From the human T2T-CHM13v2.0 reference genome, Homo sapiens, in NCBI RefSeq assembly GCF_009914755.1, contig NC_060934.1: DNA of 64,000 nt. One strand, written 5' to 3'. Under the pieces are notes generated by a model. The model searched no databases. It was not told the origin of the DNA and worked only from the letters and a program-made list of their open reading frames with translations. Each line of letters opens with the position of its first letter. Within the stretch, counting starts at the first letter, position 1. This document shows, one piece after another, positions 14,793 through 33,095 of this stretch. A program made the position numbers and the translations under genes.

Positions 14793-15877
14793 CAAAGACT
14801 TCATGGTGAAAACACCAAAAGCAATTGCAACAAAAGCCAAAATTGACAAATGGGATTTAATTAAACTAAAGAGCTTCTGCACAGCAAAAGAAACTAGCAT
14901 CAGAGTGAACAGACAACCCACAGAATGGGAGAAAATTTGTGTAATGTACCCATCTGACAAAGGTCTAATATCCAGAATCTACAAGGAACTTAAACAAACT
15001 TACAAGATAAAAACAAACTTCATCAAAAAGTGGGCAAAGGATATTGACAGACACTTCTCAAAAGAAAACATTTATGTGGCCAAGAAACAGGATAAAGAAG
15101 CTTATCATCACTGATCATTAGAGAAATACAAATGAAAACCACAATGAGATACCATCTCATGCCAGTCAGAATGGCGATTATTAAAAAGTCAAGAAATGAT
15201 GCTGGCGAGGCTGTGGAGAAATGGGAATGCTTTTACACTGTTGGTGGGAATGTAGATTGGTTCAACTATTGTGGAGGTCAGTGTGGCAGTTCCTCAGAAA
15301 TCTAGAACCAGAAATACCATTTGACCCAGCAATCCCTTTACTGGGTATATACCCAAAGGAATATAAATTATTCTACTATAAAGACACATGAACACGTACG
15401 TGTATTTCAGCACTATTTACAATAGTAACGACATGGAACCAACCCAAATGCCCATCAGTGATAGACTGGATAAAGAAAATGTGGTACATATACACCATGG
15501 AATACTATGTAGCCATAAAAAAAATGAGATCATGTCCTTTGCAGGGACATGGATGAAGCTGGAAGCCATCATCCTCAGAAAACTAACACAGGAGCAGAAA
15601 ACTAAACACCACATGTTCTCACCCATAAGTAGAAGTTGAACAATAAGAACACATGGACACAGGGAGGGGAAAAACACACACCAGGGCCTGTTGGAGGATG
15701 GGGGGCAAGGCGAGGGAGAGCATTAGGACAAATACCTAATGCATGTGGGGCTTAAAACCTAGATGACAGGTTGTTAGGTAAAGCAAACCACCATGGCACA
15801 TGTATACCTATGTAACAAACCTGCACATTCCGTACATGTATCCAGGAACATAAAGTAAAATAAAAATTGTAAAAAAG
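14793..15877 (+). mobile_element. 5'-truncated L1PA7/8-like LINE-1
   Basis: ORF2 C-terminal peptide [29 protein letters not shown]1PA 3' UTR, 14-bp TSD AGAAAAAAATGAGA (14779-14792, 15878-15891). Confidence 0.93.
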
Positions 15878-15959
15878 AGAAAAAAATGAGATAGTTAAAT
15901 CCCACCTACTTGAAATAAGCATTGTTAACACGTAGTGGACATCATTTCAGATAAAACAG

Positions 15960-16210
15960 CTAAATCAATATCTCTCTACATGTAGATATAGGTATTAATA
16001 TAAGCATATGTGTAACATATATGTACACACACATATACATACATGCACACACAAGCACATATCTCTCTCTCTAGACACACATACTTACATAAATATATAC
16101 CACACACACATAAAAGAATGCATGGTGGAGAAATAGAAAGATGTGCATATAACAATAGAAAAATAGAAAAAAAATCAATGATGGATAGAAAGATGATAGA
16201 TGACAGACAT
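15960..16210. repeat. Low-complexity (CA/TA)n and (GATA)-like degenerate repeats
   Basis: Direct read. Confidence 0.7.
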
Positions 16211-16857
16211 GCAGAATGGACTTATATTACCTGCTATTTTTAATAAAAATATTTCAGTGGAGTCATATTATTTAAGCATTTATTTAACTTACACATGTAC
16301 AGTCATACACTAGGATAGATAAAGAAAGAGAGACAGAGAGGGAAATTAAAAATTTATATAATGTAGACAATTTAACTTACATTCACCTCACACAATGAGC
16401 ATGAATGAGATGTTCATCTATTGTTCTCCATTCACTTTCAATGACAGTGTACCTTTTACAATGCAAGCATTTCACTGCACTGAATATGGGCTCTGGTATT
16501 TAAAATTATTCTTTGCATAATATGACCTCAAAGACCACAGTAGGCATTAAGTTTATCCAGTAATCAACTGAAAAATCAGCAATCTCCTCCAAAGCTGGAG
16601 ATTAAATTGGCTGTGTTGAGCTCACTCAGCAAGTGACTTTCACTGCCATGCACTTTCTTATGAGATTTTCAGAGAAAATTTTGACTATATGTAATATTCC
16701 TATTCAGAGATCACTTGAAAGCCTATGTCTTGAGCAAGATGAAATTTGTCACTGTACATTTTTAAAAACTTACTAGAAGGTACTGAAGAGAAACTGAAAA
16801 CTTACTAAATCTCAAATTAATGTTGATTTACAAGAGATTTTATTTATGAAAACTTTC

Positions 16858-17225
16858 TAATATGGCTTGGCTCTGTGTGCCCACCCAAATCTCACCTCTA
16901 ATTGTAATCCCCACGTATAGAGGGAGAGACCTGCTGGGAGGTGATTTGATCATGGGGGCAGTTTTGCCCATGCTATTCTTGTGATAGTGAGAGAGTTCTT
17001 ATGCGATCTGATGGTTTTAAACGTGGCAGTTTCCCCTGTGCTCTCTCTATTTCTCCTGCCTTCTTGTGAGGAAGGTGGTTGCTTCCCTTTGCCTTCTGCC
17101 ATGATTATAAGTTTTCTGAGGCCTCCTGAGCCATGTGGAACTATGAATCAATTCAACCTCTTTTGCTTATAAATTACCCAGTCTCAGGTAGTATCTTTAT
17201 AGCAGTGTAAAAATAGACTAATACA
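16858..17225 (+). mobile_element. MaLR solo LTR (THE1C/D-like)
   Basis: tatggcttggctctgtg...cccaaatctc start; tttatagcagtg...gactaataca end. Confidence 0.88.
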
Positions 17226-17703
17226 GTTTTCAAAACAAAACACATAGGGTTGTTCTGTAAACTGTGCTTAGGATTCCTTTTCAATTAACCTATTTTATGT
17301 TTAGTTAATATTTATTAATGCAATCCTTTGAAAGACATGGAAATTAACACTTATACTTCCTTCCACCATTCCTCCCTCAATTCACACTTTTTATTAGTTA
17401 TATGATTATTTCATTTTGCCAAGTCTTACAGCATTATGATCTGTCCTACAGACATAATTCCCCATTTTTGTTTGGTCTCTGTTATCAAACATTCCACCAG
17501 TACTCCACACATCATGACATCATCATTCATCTCTTTATGTTTGTATTTTGTCATCAAGTCAGTTTTTCAAGATTGGCTTACAGAGATTACAAAGTTTAGA
17601 ATGTCTATTTTGTAACTTACCATTTAAATTACCAAGTTACTGAGTTACTGGTAACTATTGTTCCATTATCTTTAGGCACCGAGTAGTGCTATTAAGAAGC
17701 CCG

Positions 17704-18087
<384 letters not shown>

Positions 18088-20269
18088 TTATTCCTAAAAT
18101 TTAGTAATTTAGCTTACGTATGTTTTACTGTTACTATATTAAGGTATTTTTTGCTTTCTAGAATAAATTGGTATTTTTAATCTGTAATTTCATGTTTTTA
18201 TTTAGTTCAGGAAAGTTGTCTTTTATTATATTTTTGTTAAATACTTTTGCCCCATGTCTAAATTAACATAATAGGCTTCCAATAAATATTCCTTGAATGA
18301 ATAAATATGTTTGAATACTTTTTCTGTTTCATTTATTCTGTTCTCTTCTTCAGGAAGTCAACTATATTTATGTTGATGATGTTTTCTCTGTCTTCCAGTT
18401 TGATCACCTTTTATAATCTTTTAAATATCTTTGTCTTTTCCATTTTGTTTTTGTGATTTCTGAAGCCTATCCAGCACTCTTATCTTTATCTGTGTCTTCA
18501 GCATTTACATTATTCTTGTTGCTTCTAAAGTATGTTTCATCTCTATAATGATTTTATTTTCTTGCAGTTCTTCCTTAGGTTCTACTGGCACACTATTAAC
18601 TTCCTGCTTATGTATTATATTTTCTTCTCAGAACCCTTTGAGTTCTTTTTAGAGAAAACATCATGATTTCTTTGAAAACATTCAAACTTATTTTTCTGAA
18701 CTCTACTGTATGTTTTAGGGTAATTCTTTTTGTGATATATTCTCTAGGCTACTTCCTTAAAATGAAAACAATAATTCCTCTTTAAATGGGGCCAACTATT
18801 AGCTAAGGAATAATGTGGGCAAGAGGATCTAAGGCTATTTACAATGTAAATTGAGGTTTATTGTTGTGGGCACAGTTTCACCAAGTCTGCCACTACCTAC
18901 GCGGTAGGCAAGAAGCTCTTGAGTATATATATATACATGTTAAGCTAACAGTTTTAATGAGAATAAAAGGAAAGAGCCATCTGGACACCTTCATCCACCT
19001 CACAGAGATGCTTGTCTTTAACATTCTTTGCTGATAAAACAAATAAAACGAGATTGAAATATATATAGTTCCTGTTGTAGACCCAACACTCCCAGAAACA
19101 GACAGACCTTTCTCTGTCATTTTCAAGTTTCCCATAGGAGCAAAATCGATGGAGGCAACACTTCTGCTCAGTGTTGTTCAGCATCACTGTGGAATATCTC
19201 CTCTTCCCAAGTGAAATACTGAAATGGTAATGAAGACAGTTGGCAAATAAGAAACCAGGAATAAACAAGGGCAAAATTATTTAGGACCAAAAGATGTGTA
19301 ACTGAAAGGGATGCTTGAGAAAAAAGGGGGATGACTCATGCTCCAAATTATGCAGGAGACAGAGTTAAGTGTATAAGAAATTCTAATATTGGGATTTAGA
19401 GTTTGAGTATGGCAGCATTTCAAAACCAATCTGTGCCACTAGTCAGACAATCAATTAAGCTCTGATTACCCACATTCATCCTCTTGCTCATATTTCCAGT
19501 ACCTACACAGAACAGCCAAAAGCAGAGCAAAGATTAAAATCACAGCTTTGACTGCTCTGCTCCTTCCCCAGTGCCTCCGCCTGCACCAGGACCTGAGGAG
19601 CCATGGCAAGGGCAACATAGATGCAGAGAGGGAAGGCATGGCTGCTGAGATCTGCCAGAGGGCAAGTTCGCAGATGGAGGGACCTAATGCTTTGCCCTTG
19701 AAGCTTTAGTGCAGCTGACAATCAAGTCCTTTCTATATTGTGGGTAGATGAACATGGTTTCCCTGCTCTCCATACTGCTCCTGGTGAGATGGATCTTAGA
19801 CCATAAATAGTGTCAGTGAGGTTCCTTTTTTAGAGATGCCATCCCTGCCATTGAAAATCACTAAACTGGAACTCCACAGGGGTATTCCTCACTTAGTAAC
19901 CTGAGTCCTGACACAGCCATCGATATTCTACAAATCCTTAGAATTGTAGGATGGGGCTGCAGGTTTGAGGAAAATCTGTATGCCTCTGCTGTCCTGTTCC
20001 TACTTCTTCAGGTCGAGAATACACTTTGGGGCAGGAATACCTCATAGATTGCAGGCTGGAGTTGTGGCCATTTTCTTGTTTCTTTGAATATAAACAGGCT
20101 TCTCTTTTTCCTATTTTTCATTCTTTTTATTGCTTTTTATATGTTTTAAGAGAAGAAAGAGGAGCAAAAATGCTTTTACAAGAACACACTTAATCAGAAA
20201 CGCTATAAGTGTGATTTAAACATTTAGTGCATTTTGATTACAATTCACAGTGTATGTGCAGAGAAAGTT

Positions 20270-20480
20270 TGGTGGCTCAGAGCATGGAGTCTCAAGTCAG
20301 TTTAAATCCTGCTTCTATCGCTCATGAGATCTTGAACCAGTGATTTAATCTCTCTATGTCTCAGTTTCCCCATATAAAAAAAAGTAGGTAATAGGATCTT
20401 ACTGATAAACTTACTTTCAGGGTTAAACAAAATAACTCATTTTAAACATCCAGCATATAGTAGGAGCACCAAAAAAATAC
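20270..20480 (+). mobile_element. MIR
   Basis: MIR core tctctctatgtctcagtttccccat. Confidence 0.65.
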
Positions 20481-22664
20481 TACCATTTTTATAAATTTTC
20501 CTTAACTGTTCTCTTTTATTAGAAAATGCTGGCTTAAAAAACAATGAAGTATTGGTTGATTTGCCATATCTACGTCTAGGTAGACTTATTAATCATCTAA
20601 TATAATTAGTTTTATATCCAAGTAAGAAAATACAGCATCCTTTTCCCCAGAAGGAAAAATATGCAACACTTCCCTGTAGTTCTATTCCACAAATGTATCA
20701 ATGACAGGTAGTACCAACCCTTTATAAAAGTATGGCACTTTATAAGTCGCTTGCATATTTATTATCAATTTTGATGCTTTAATAACACTCTGCACTCTGA
20801 AGCAGACATCTATTATTCCCATTATAGGTAGATAAAAAATGAAAGTGATCTGTTTGAGATTTCACAGTAAGGGTCTCAAACTAGAACTTTTCTCTTTCTG
20901 TTCTCATCAGGACACATGGACCCTCATAAGAGGAAAGCAGCGGTGCTAAGGAAACAAGTCATCCTCTGCCTCCCTAAAGTATTGGAGGAAATAAAACACC
21001 AAAACAGACATGGCCCACATGCCTCTCCTCTTTATAATCATGCAACTTAGGAAGGCTTAGAATAAGTTAATAGAAATTTTCTCAAATCCTACATAAGGAA
21101 GGAAGAAGGGAGATAAACAAACCCTACTTCTGTCCTTAAAAAGCTGATAGTCAATTTTAGGCTCTCGCAGACCTGAATGATGTAGTTTAAGAATTTTATT
21201 TTATATAATCTTTGTGGAACCAACCTATAGCCATGCCTGACATTATCAATTCACTTCAAACTTCCCCCGGTACCTGAAAAAAAAGGACAAGGCTTGAAGA
21301 GATGGCAAGAAGAGATATTAGAAATGGCAGCCTACAAATTGCTCAATGTCAGGCTGTCATTGGGAACTGAGAGCTGTGTCACTAATGGGTAGCAGCTGAG
21401 ACTGGCTGGGGCAGTGCTGCACATGAGGTAAAAAGAATGAGCTTTATTAACTGGACTTTCCTCCTTGGACTCCAAAACTCTTGACATCTAGAGCAGGTTG
21501 AGTATAGACCTAGAGCAAATATGCCAGTCACAATAATTGGAAGAGTTCTTTAATACATGACTTTATGAAGATGCCAACAATTTTATGAGAATAACTGATT
21601 GAAGTTGTAATAAGATCTGTGTACAGTTTTACAGTTGTTAACTTAAGCATGCAGAAAATATTTAAGTAGATTTCTCCCAAAAAGATGTTCTCTCTTGCTC
21701 TTCCACCTCTGTTTAGTCCATCTACCTGAATTAATTCATTTCACAGCAGAGAGGAAGTTTTAGCTTCTTAGCTTTGGGTCAAGAAGCATAATTCCCAGAT
21801 TCAGTTTGAGTTGACAATAGCCTATCACTGTTAAACATCCTCCAAAGAGGCCAGCACTTTAAATGTAAAACTGTCCACTAATTGTGCTCATTAATCAAGA
21901 AGAGCAACTACAGAACTTAAGAGATAAAAACAAAATAAGGGTTCCTAATAAAGAGAGAAGATGGTTTATTACTCCAGGCCTCAAGACTAAAACAGGCTTT
22001 ACTTGGCCACGGAAGAAGTAGCTTGGGCTCCAGAGTAGCTCTCTCTCAGCGCAGACTGCAGTCACTGGAAAGAAATACCAGCCTAAGCCCTCCCCAGTGT
22101 CCCCTGATTCTCAGAGTCCTCCCTAGCTGAGCAACACCATAGAGTCCCTTGCACATTCACAGCATCATCTCAGTCAGTCCCTTCAGGGCCCCTCCAACAC
22201 TTCCAGTCCTTCTAGTATTCTGTGGACCATAGGCTAAATCAACCACTGAAAATAACAAGACAGGCTCTTCCAGCAGCAGTTGAGGCATTGCTTGTGGATC
22301 CATCCTGAAGTATCTATCCCATAATAGAACTTTGAGCTGCTACTTTGTACTTGTTGTGTGTTATTCCCCAGGCAGGCAAGTGCTGCCCTCTGTGACAACT
22401 TCTGAAATCAGCACCTAGGACGTTACTATCCCACAACTCCTCATCATTGCCGCATGCATTGCTACCACCCAGCACCGGTTTTGCAGGCATAAAGCTCTCT
22501 GGAAAAGTACAAAAGTTTTCATCTTACACTAAAGCTGAGAAGCACTGAAATAGAATTAAAAATAAGAATTCTCCTTTACACAAATAGTGGATTCTTGGTC
22601 ACTCTCTTCAAGCATAATGCTAACACCAGGTGATATCTATACAGAATAATGTAAAACCAACAAT

Positions 22665-22915
22665 AAGTAACATTTGGCGGTGGGGGGGGTTACTATAGGC
22701 CAAACATGATCTTAATTGTTTTTTATGTATTATCTGTTTTGATCCTTAAAACACTCCTAAACGGTTGGTATTGTTATCCATATGCTGCAGATGAGAAAGT
22801 TAGGCAGAGAGATTTAAAAAATTGCCCAAAGTCACACAGCCAGCAGGTGGTTGGGCAGGCATCCAACCCAGGTCTGTCTGACCTCATGCCTTGGGCTCCT
22901 ACCCACCATGTTTAC
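22665..22915 (-). mobile_element. MIR
   Basis: cagatgagaaagttaggcagagag...gcccaaagtcacacagc. Confidence 0.7.
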
Positions 22916-24121
22916 CATCTCCCAGGGCTTAGACATACATCATGGAATAACTTTACAAAGATATTATTAATGCTTTATATTTGTGTTGCATTTTATAGTT
23001 TATGAGGCCCTTACATGTTGGTTGTCATATTTTATCTTTCCAACCCCAAGAAGTAGCCTATCTGGTTTCATAAATGAAAGTTCTTCAGTGTTAGGTCATT
23101 GAGAGTCAAAGTAAAATTGACCAATGAATCAAAGCTTTTAATAATATTATCAAGTTAAGCCTCAAAAGGAGCTCTTCTGAATACCAGACCAACATTATAT
23201 TTTTACTGAACCACCATGTAAAGCATGTATTTTTACACAGAAAAAGTTATAGGAAAATTTAAAGCTTTCTATTTATAAATGACTACTTGACTAACACAAG
23301 GATTAGAAACTAAATACATTTCCAAATGCTGAATAATGTGCATAGTTAAGAAAGATAGTGAAATTTTGTCATTGCTTTATCCTTGGTGCCTAGAAAATTG
23401 CCAGCACAAAGTTGTTGCTCAATAAATGTCTGTGGAATAAATGAAAGAATGGCAGGAGTGGGGGATCATGGTATAGCTGCACATAATATGCTGTGAGCAG
23501 CTCTTTAGTCGTGTGACAAGAAAGATCTGATGTGCTAGAGGAAAGTCCTTGAATTGATCATAGTCTGATGCAATGGGACATGGCAGCATGGCATGTTGGG
23601 AGTTGGGAGGAAGCTTGGGTTTTAAAATCTAAAAAGCAGCCTTTGACTTGCTCCTACACCACTTCCTATATGTTCTTGGGAATTGATGCAACCACTCACA
23701 GCCTCTGCTTTCCTCAGTAAAAAGAGAATTCATTTAAATCACATCACATGAGTGTTTATATTATGAGTTTAATCAATTATTTAGATGTAAGGTGATGGGA
23801 AAAGCACAGAAATTTATTATTTGAATTGTGCTGCCAGTCCATTAAATAAGCATATGCACTGGAGGGTTTTTTCTTTGTTCTCTCTCTCTTAAAATTGTTT
23901 AACATTTTCATTTTCATATAAACTGCTTATTCTATAGTGTATATTATGGTACATGGTTATTAAACCAGTCTACCTCAGTTGAATACCTGAAACCCTGTTT
24001 ACTTGATGGACAATTTAAATAATTTTCAAGAGCAGTTCAGACGGGGGATGATTTTCATTTCATATAATGACACTAAAACTTAAACTCTATGTAAAATAGG
24101 ACTCCACTAAACAAAGCCATT

Positions 24122-24240
24122 CAGGAGGCTGAGACAGAGAATCGCTTGAACCTGGGAGGCCAGGGTGTAGTGAGCCAAGATCGTGCCACTGCCCTCCAAC
24201 CTGGGCAACAGAGCGAGACTCTATCTCAAAAAAAAAAAAA
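24122..24240 (+). mobile_element. Alu right-arm fragment with A tail
   Basis: caggaggctgag...gaatcgcttgaacctgggagg...gagcgagactctatctc(A)13. Confidence 0.88.
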
Positions 24241-25412
24241 GAGTTTATAGATTTGGGGATGAAAATTAAATGAGGTAATACCCATAAAACACTGAGCACT
24301 GGGCCAATACTCAAGAAGTACTATTTTCTCCACCCACCTCCAAAATCTAATACAAAGTTCCCTCTGTCAATGGAAATTACAAGTCTGAGATCAAACCAGT
24401 AGAAATACAGTTCATGTTCCCTTTTCTGAGATTCATTTAGGCACCTTTGCTGGAAGCCTTCTCTAAAAACAACTGAGGAAATGAGCTAGAGACTGCCAAT
24501 AACATTCAACTGCTTAAATGTTTCTATTGGTTGAATTTTCATATTTTTTATTTCTCTTATTATTTCTTAAACTAAATAAACTATCTCAAAAAATAATTCG
24601 GATAGATTTTTAAATTCATGGCATGATAGACATCAGAAAATTATTCACCTTCAAAACTTCTGTCTGGCAATTTGATACAATGTCAAGATAATTTCAGTTT
24701 CTTAATTTCTTTCATATAGCAATCACTTAAATAATTGAAACAAACTTTCTAAGTCATATCCTTCCCTATTTATTCATAGTTATCCAATCAATTGAAATAT
24801 TTTCCTGTAACTTCAACTATAATATAATAAGTGCTTTAATCAGATAAGTTTAAAGTTTAATCAACTCAGACTTCTATGTCTATGGAAATGTTTTAATAAT
24901 CTAAACTAAAATCACCTACAATAATTCACTCACTCCTCTCAATGGTATTTGGTAGTTCAAGGAGGGGCATATGCCATGGGATTAGCCTTCAACGGCTTTG
25001 TATTGTATTAAGCAAAAATCATTTTCTTTAAACACAATATAAATTGCATTTTAATATCTCTATAGATTTCCATATTAACAAGTGGAAAGCACAGCAGATT
25101 TACTAAATAAACTTGAACAGAATTGCCTAGTGTTATTAATAATTTCACCTCCATATTTTAAAGATATAAATTTGCTTGTTTAAAAACCACCTGATGAAAT
25201 TTTAGTACTTCTATTTTGAAAACAGGTAAGTTCAATGGCATTAGGGTCTTTGATGTCACAGTAAAGGTAAGCATATGCACATTGTTTGTGTTTTAAAAAT
25301 AATCCATTATGTTGCAAAAATGCAGTTGGATCGTGTGTATGCGTATGTGTGTATGAAAGTGATATATAATGTCTAAAATATTACTCAAAAGCCAAAGATA
25401 TTATTTGATAGG

Positions 25413-25788
25413 TGATATGGTTTGGCTCTGTGTCCCCACCCAAATCTCAAGTTGAATTGTAATCCTCAGTGTTGGGCGAGGGACCTGGTGGGAGGTGATT
25501 GGATCATAGGGGTGGAATTCCCCCTTGCTATTCTTGTGACAGTGAGTTCTCACGGGATCTGGTTGTTTAAAAGTGTGTAGCGATTCCCCCTTTGCTCTCT
25601 CTCCTGTCGTCATGTGAATATGTGCTTGCTTCCCCTTCCCCTTCTGCCATGATTGTAAGTTTCCTGAAGCCTCCTCAGCTATGCCTCCTGTACAACCTGC
25701 AGAACTGTAAGTCAATTAAACTTCTTTTCTTTATAAACTACCCAGTCTCAGGTAGTTCTTTATAGCAATGTGAGAACAGACTAATACA
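25413..25788 (+). mobile_element. MaLR solo LTR (MSTA-like)
   Basis: tgatatggtttggctctgtgtccccacccaaatc...ctaataca; 5-bp TSD (A/G)TAGG. Confidence 0.9.
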
Positions 25789-26819
25789 GTAGGCAAGTCA
25801 TTACAAGTAGGTTAATTCAGGCCCACAGGGTTATTGGAAGCAAAAATCTACTAAGCCAGGAAGCCACTCCTCAAATGGTTTCTCAGTTCATAATGATATC
25901 AAATACTGTGACTTGATTGATGCTTTTTTCTCATTATATATTCCATTAACACTTGGAAAATAATCAGAAAAGGAATAAGGAAAATCTGAAAATCCCACTT
26001 ACTATTAAAAATGTACTTATTATAATATTTTGAAAGTATGAAAAAGTATAAAATGGAAATAAAAATCACCTGTAATATCAATATCCAGAGATAATAACTT
26101 TTAACAGTTTGATATATACACACACACATATATGTACATATACATACATATACAAGGATATATACATAAATTTTTAAATTGGTATTAAATTACTATATAT
26201 GTAGCTTCTTACCTGAAGTTCATTGGAAATTGTTTTTTTCATATTATTTATTTCCAAAATATGATTATTGATGAACATAATATATTACTGTTAGTATACA
26301 AGCTCCACGAGCACAGTGACTAAATCTGTCTTGTTCTTATAACCAGTAACAAGTATGCCATAATTTATTTAACTACTTCCTTAATGTTTGACGTTCAGGT
26401 GGTTTCCAAGTTTTCATTGCCATAAATGTTACAATATTATTAATGCATGAATGTTCCCTTTCTCTGACATTCCCCTTTATCTGACAGATGTTTAATTTTC
26501 ATCTTCTCCCACCCTCGAAGGGGAGTTCTGTTTTGCCTGATGATTATTTGAGCTTTTGTGATGCAGATTCAGAGGGAAAGAAGTGAGGCTGGAGTTGAAG
26601 AACAAGAGGTATGTGGGCAGGACTGGAAGATAAATTTTCTGAGAATTTTGAAGGATAAGATGTGGGAGTAACTGTGTGAGGGAATTAGATGGGAGAATTA
26701 AAAAAAATTACCATGGTCTATGTAACCTCCTCACTGAGGTTTTTTAACGCAAGTACAGAAATTACAGAATCAAATTTTGGTTTTTTGTTTTGTTTTTTGT
26801 CTGTCAAATATACACCCTT

Positions 26820-27210
26820 GAATATTAGGGTAGCCCCATTTCTGAAATAAAGAACCTCCAAATCTCAGTGGCTTAACATCATTACAGTTTATTTCTCATG
26901 TCTCTTTCCGTCCAATGGTGGTACAGGGGTGGACTCCATGTGATGACATAGAGAACTCAGCTCCTTCCGTGTGGTGGATTTGATATCCTGCAGGGCCTCT
27001 GAGCCCTGCACTGATCCTTTTGCAACCTGCCTTGAGATGAAGAAGGAAAAGGAGCATGGAGGATCTGCAGGAGTTTAATGGGTCAGGCTAGAGGTGGCGT
27101 ACATCACTTTTGCCCCCATTCCATTGCCCAGAACTCAGTCACATGGTCCCCACCTAGCTGCAAGGCAAATCAAGAATGTAGTTCATTGTGTTCCAGAGAT
27201 AGTCTCTGCT
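26820..27210 (-). mobile_element. Old MLT1-type LTR
   Basis: aaatctcagtggcttaac...catcacttttgcccccattccattg...agtcacatgg. Confidence 0.65.
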
Positions 27211-28869
27211 ATCATTTCCTATGCTATGAAGTCTTGATAAAACTGTTAACTCGAGGTACCTATGTTCCCTTGGCCAAATGGTAGACATAGGGCCTTGGTA
27301 AGGCTATTTGGAAGATCTTTCTCAGGTATTTGAATCTTGAGTACAGTGACAGAAGAAAGGAAAGTATTTGCAGTTGGCTCATCTTGAGGGTAACACCCTG
27401 TAAAATCCTTTATGTGTTCCTAAAACCTACACCCTTAGTGCAGCCTCATACTTATCTTTCATAAGGGCTATTCAGCTTTTCCTTCATGTCTGTGAACTAC
27501 CCACATCCTTCCAAATAATTCTTTTTTTTTTTGTATGTTATCCACAATTATTCTTTGTTGCCTGTAACCAAAGGAACCTAATTAATACTGAACTTACAGT
27601 GTTTTAAAATTGTATTCAGTTGTTATTGATATGTGTTTCTCTGTTCACAACACTACTCTCAGATGATGGCTTTATAAGATTTACACAAATAATGTCAAGA
27701 TAAATTGATTTGTACAAAAATCTTTACCCTATTTCTGATTATTTTCTTAGGTCAAATGCCTAGATCAAATGTATGTTTATTAAAATATAGTAATACTAAT
27801 TATGTACTTCAGTCAATTAAATATTATTAATCTTTTCATATGATACACATTCCATTTCAGCTTTAGAAAATTGTGTTTTCAGCATTAATGTAATAGCAAA
27901 CAGAAGAAAGCATACCTGAGCACTACACAACACAGTGCTCATGTTAAAGTTATATCGATGAACCTAACTGTGCCTTGAGGAAATCTGTACAGAAATTCTA
28001 GATACAGTATGAGCTTTCCTGGAGAGTGGTGCCCTCTGTTGCAAGAGAAAGGGAGGAAGGGAAGAGTGTAACTAGATCATTAGTGCAGGCTTCTGTGGCT
28101 TGTTTGGTTTCCATTACAGTCAGTTCAGATCTGGGATTTAGCAGAGGCCATTCCTTCCCCCTTCAGCGTTGTTTGTCTCTTTTCCTCTACGTAGTAACTT
28201 CTCAGCCTCCATAAAGCACCAGGCCACAACAGAATCAGTCCACATTAGTCAGTCGGGTCTTTATGAAATTGCCCATGAGGTCTTGTTGTTGCATGTAGAC
28301 AAATTCAGAGAGAATTTGGTTTGTCTTCTTGGCTTAAGAAATAGGAAATTTGGGGATATAGGGATTCATGATTTTTACTGAGAGAAAAAGCCTTTTTTTT
28401 TAGCTTTGCATATCTAGAACAATTCATATACAATAATATTCAGCTGTGAAATTGAAGTAGCTTACATTCTTTTAAAATTCACCTCAGGTGTGGCCAACAT
28501 GGCTGAGTGTTTTGTTGTTGTCTTACTTGTTGTGCTGTTTGAAAAATACATCCTTTACCAAAATATTACCATATAATGTTTTGAATTAATATTTAATGCT
28601 AAAATAAATATTTAAAGAAGCACAAACACAAAATTAATTAAATGAAGATAACTTACAGAGTAATACAAAAGAAAGAGTATACACTTTTAATAAGAATAGG
28701 GTGGAAAAAGTCTTAATTTGATACCAAAGGCAGAAGAAAATAAAAAAGCTTTTTAAAAGACACCTATTAAAAAGATCTGGTAGGATAATTTTGTGAGCAA
28801 ATTTTAAAGTAAATAACATTTGTTTACTTATATAAATAAAATTCTCTAATGAGCCTGGAACAATTTATA

Positions 28870-31490
<2,621 letters not shown>

Positions 31491-31656
31491 ACTACAAAAT
31501 ATTAGTTTTTCAAAATAAATAGCCTTACCAACAAGATCACTATTTGCATTGTCTTTGTCCTTCCCTTTACATAAATACTACCACACCTTATCAATCTTGT
31601 GATATATTTTCTTCACATTTTCTTTCACCAGGATGCATCTTAAAATAGATGGCATC

Positions 31657-32056
<400 letters not shown>

Positions 32057-32074
32057 TTAATGCATTATTGGTAT

Positions 32075-32277
32075 GGTTATATGTCACCTGACAGGGATAC
32101 ATTCTGAGAAATGCAATCATTAGGCAATTTTGTCATTGTGCAAACATCATCACAGAGCATACTGAAACTAGATGGTATAGTCTGCTACACATCGAGGCTA
32201 TACAGGATAGCCATTATAATCTTATGGGACCACTGTCATGTATGCGGTCCACCCTTGAGTTATGCAACACATGACTG
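32075..32277 (+). mobile_element. Short Tigger3-family MITE
   Basis: gacagggatacattctgagaaatgc...cttatgggaccac...catgactg followed by TA. Confidence 0.78.
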
Positions 32278-32307
32278 TACAGCATTTATTGAGTACAACT
32301 GGTATTT

Positions 32308-32898
32308 AAAATTACTTTGGTTACTACTGGTACATAACTAATTACCTCAAACCTTGGTGGCTTAAAATAACAACAAGCAGTTTATTATCTCTCATGGTTT
32401 CTGTGGACCAGAAATTTGGGAAGGGTTTGGTCAGGTGGTTCTAGTTAAGAAATATCTCATGAGCTCTTCAATACTAGCTGGAGCAGGTACAGCAGAAGTG
32501 GAGCAAGCAGGAGCAGCTGGAAACTGGCAAAGCATCTTTTGTCATGTAGTTTCAGGGCTTCTCCATGTAGTCCCTCTGGAGTTGGGCTAGTCTGGGCTTC
32601 CTCACAGCATGGCAGCCATAGGGTGGTCAGACAGTTAACATGGAGGCTCTGGGCTTCAGAGCAAGCGTTCCAGCAAGCACGGTGGAAGTTGCATCATCTT
32701 TTCGGACCTAGCTTCAAAAGTCATACCGTACCATATCTGAGGCATTCTTTTGGTTACCAGCAAGACAGAAACTAGCCTGGATTCAAGTGGGGAGAAACCA
32801 AGCCTCCCCTCTTAATGTGGATATAGTAAGGTTCTAGAAGCATGTGTGCAACAAGCGCTATTATTGTAGTCATCTTTGGGGAAAAAATATCTATCACA
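32308..32898 (-). mobile_element. MLT1 (G/H-like) LTR
   Basis: ggtggcttaaaataacaac...gggcttcctcacagcatggcag...catctttgggg...atctatcaca. Confidence 0.75.
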
Positions 32899-33095
32899 AG
32901 TGTTTTCAAAAATGTTACACCATTATTTAGCATTGAAATGTAGTTATTTTAAATCCAGAAAGGTACTGCAAGATAAAAATAAATCCATTTCTTTGTTGAA
33001 CAGAGCTCTTTCAATAAGTGTAAAATAAAAATTCTAAGTGATAAGAAAGCAGTGTCTCATAGTTCAATCACCAGAATTTATTCTTGCTTAGTAGC

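Noticed and set aside
22376-22397. CTCF-like tgtcacagagggcagcac on the minus strand
   Set aside because: Spacing is one base short of the core consensus and the 5' CC is missing.
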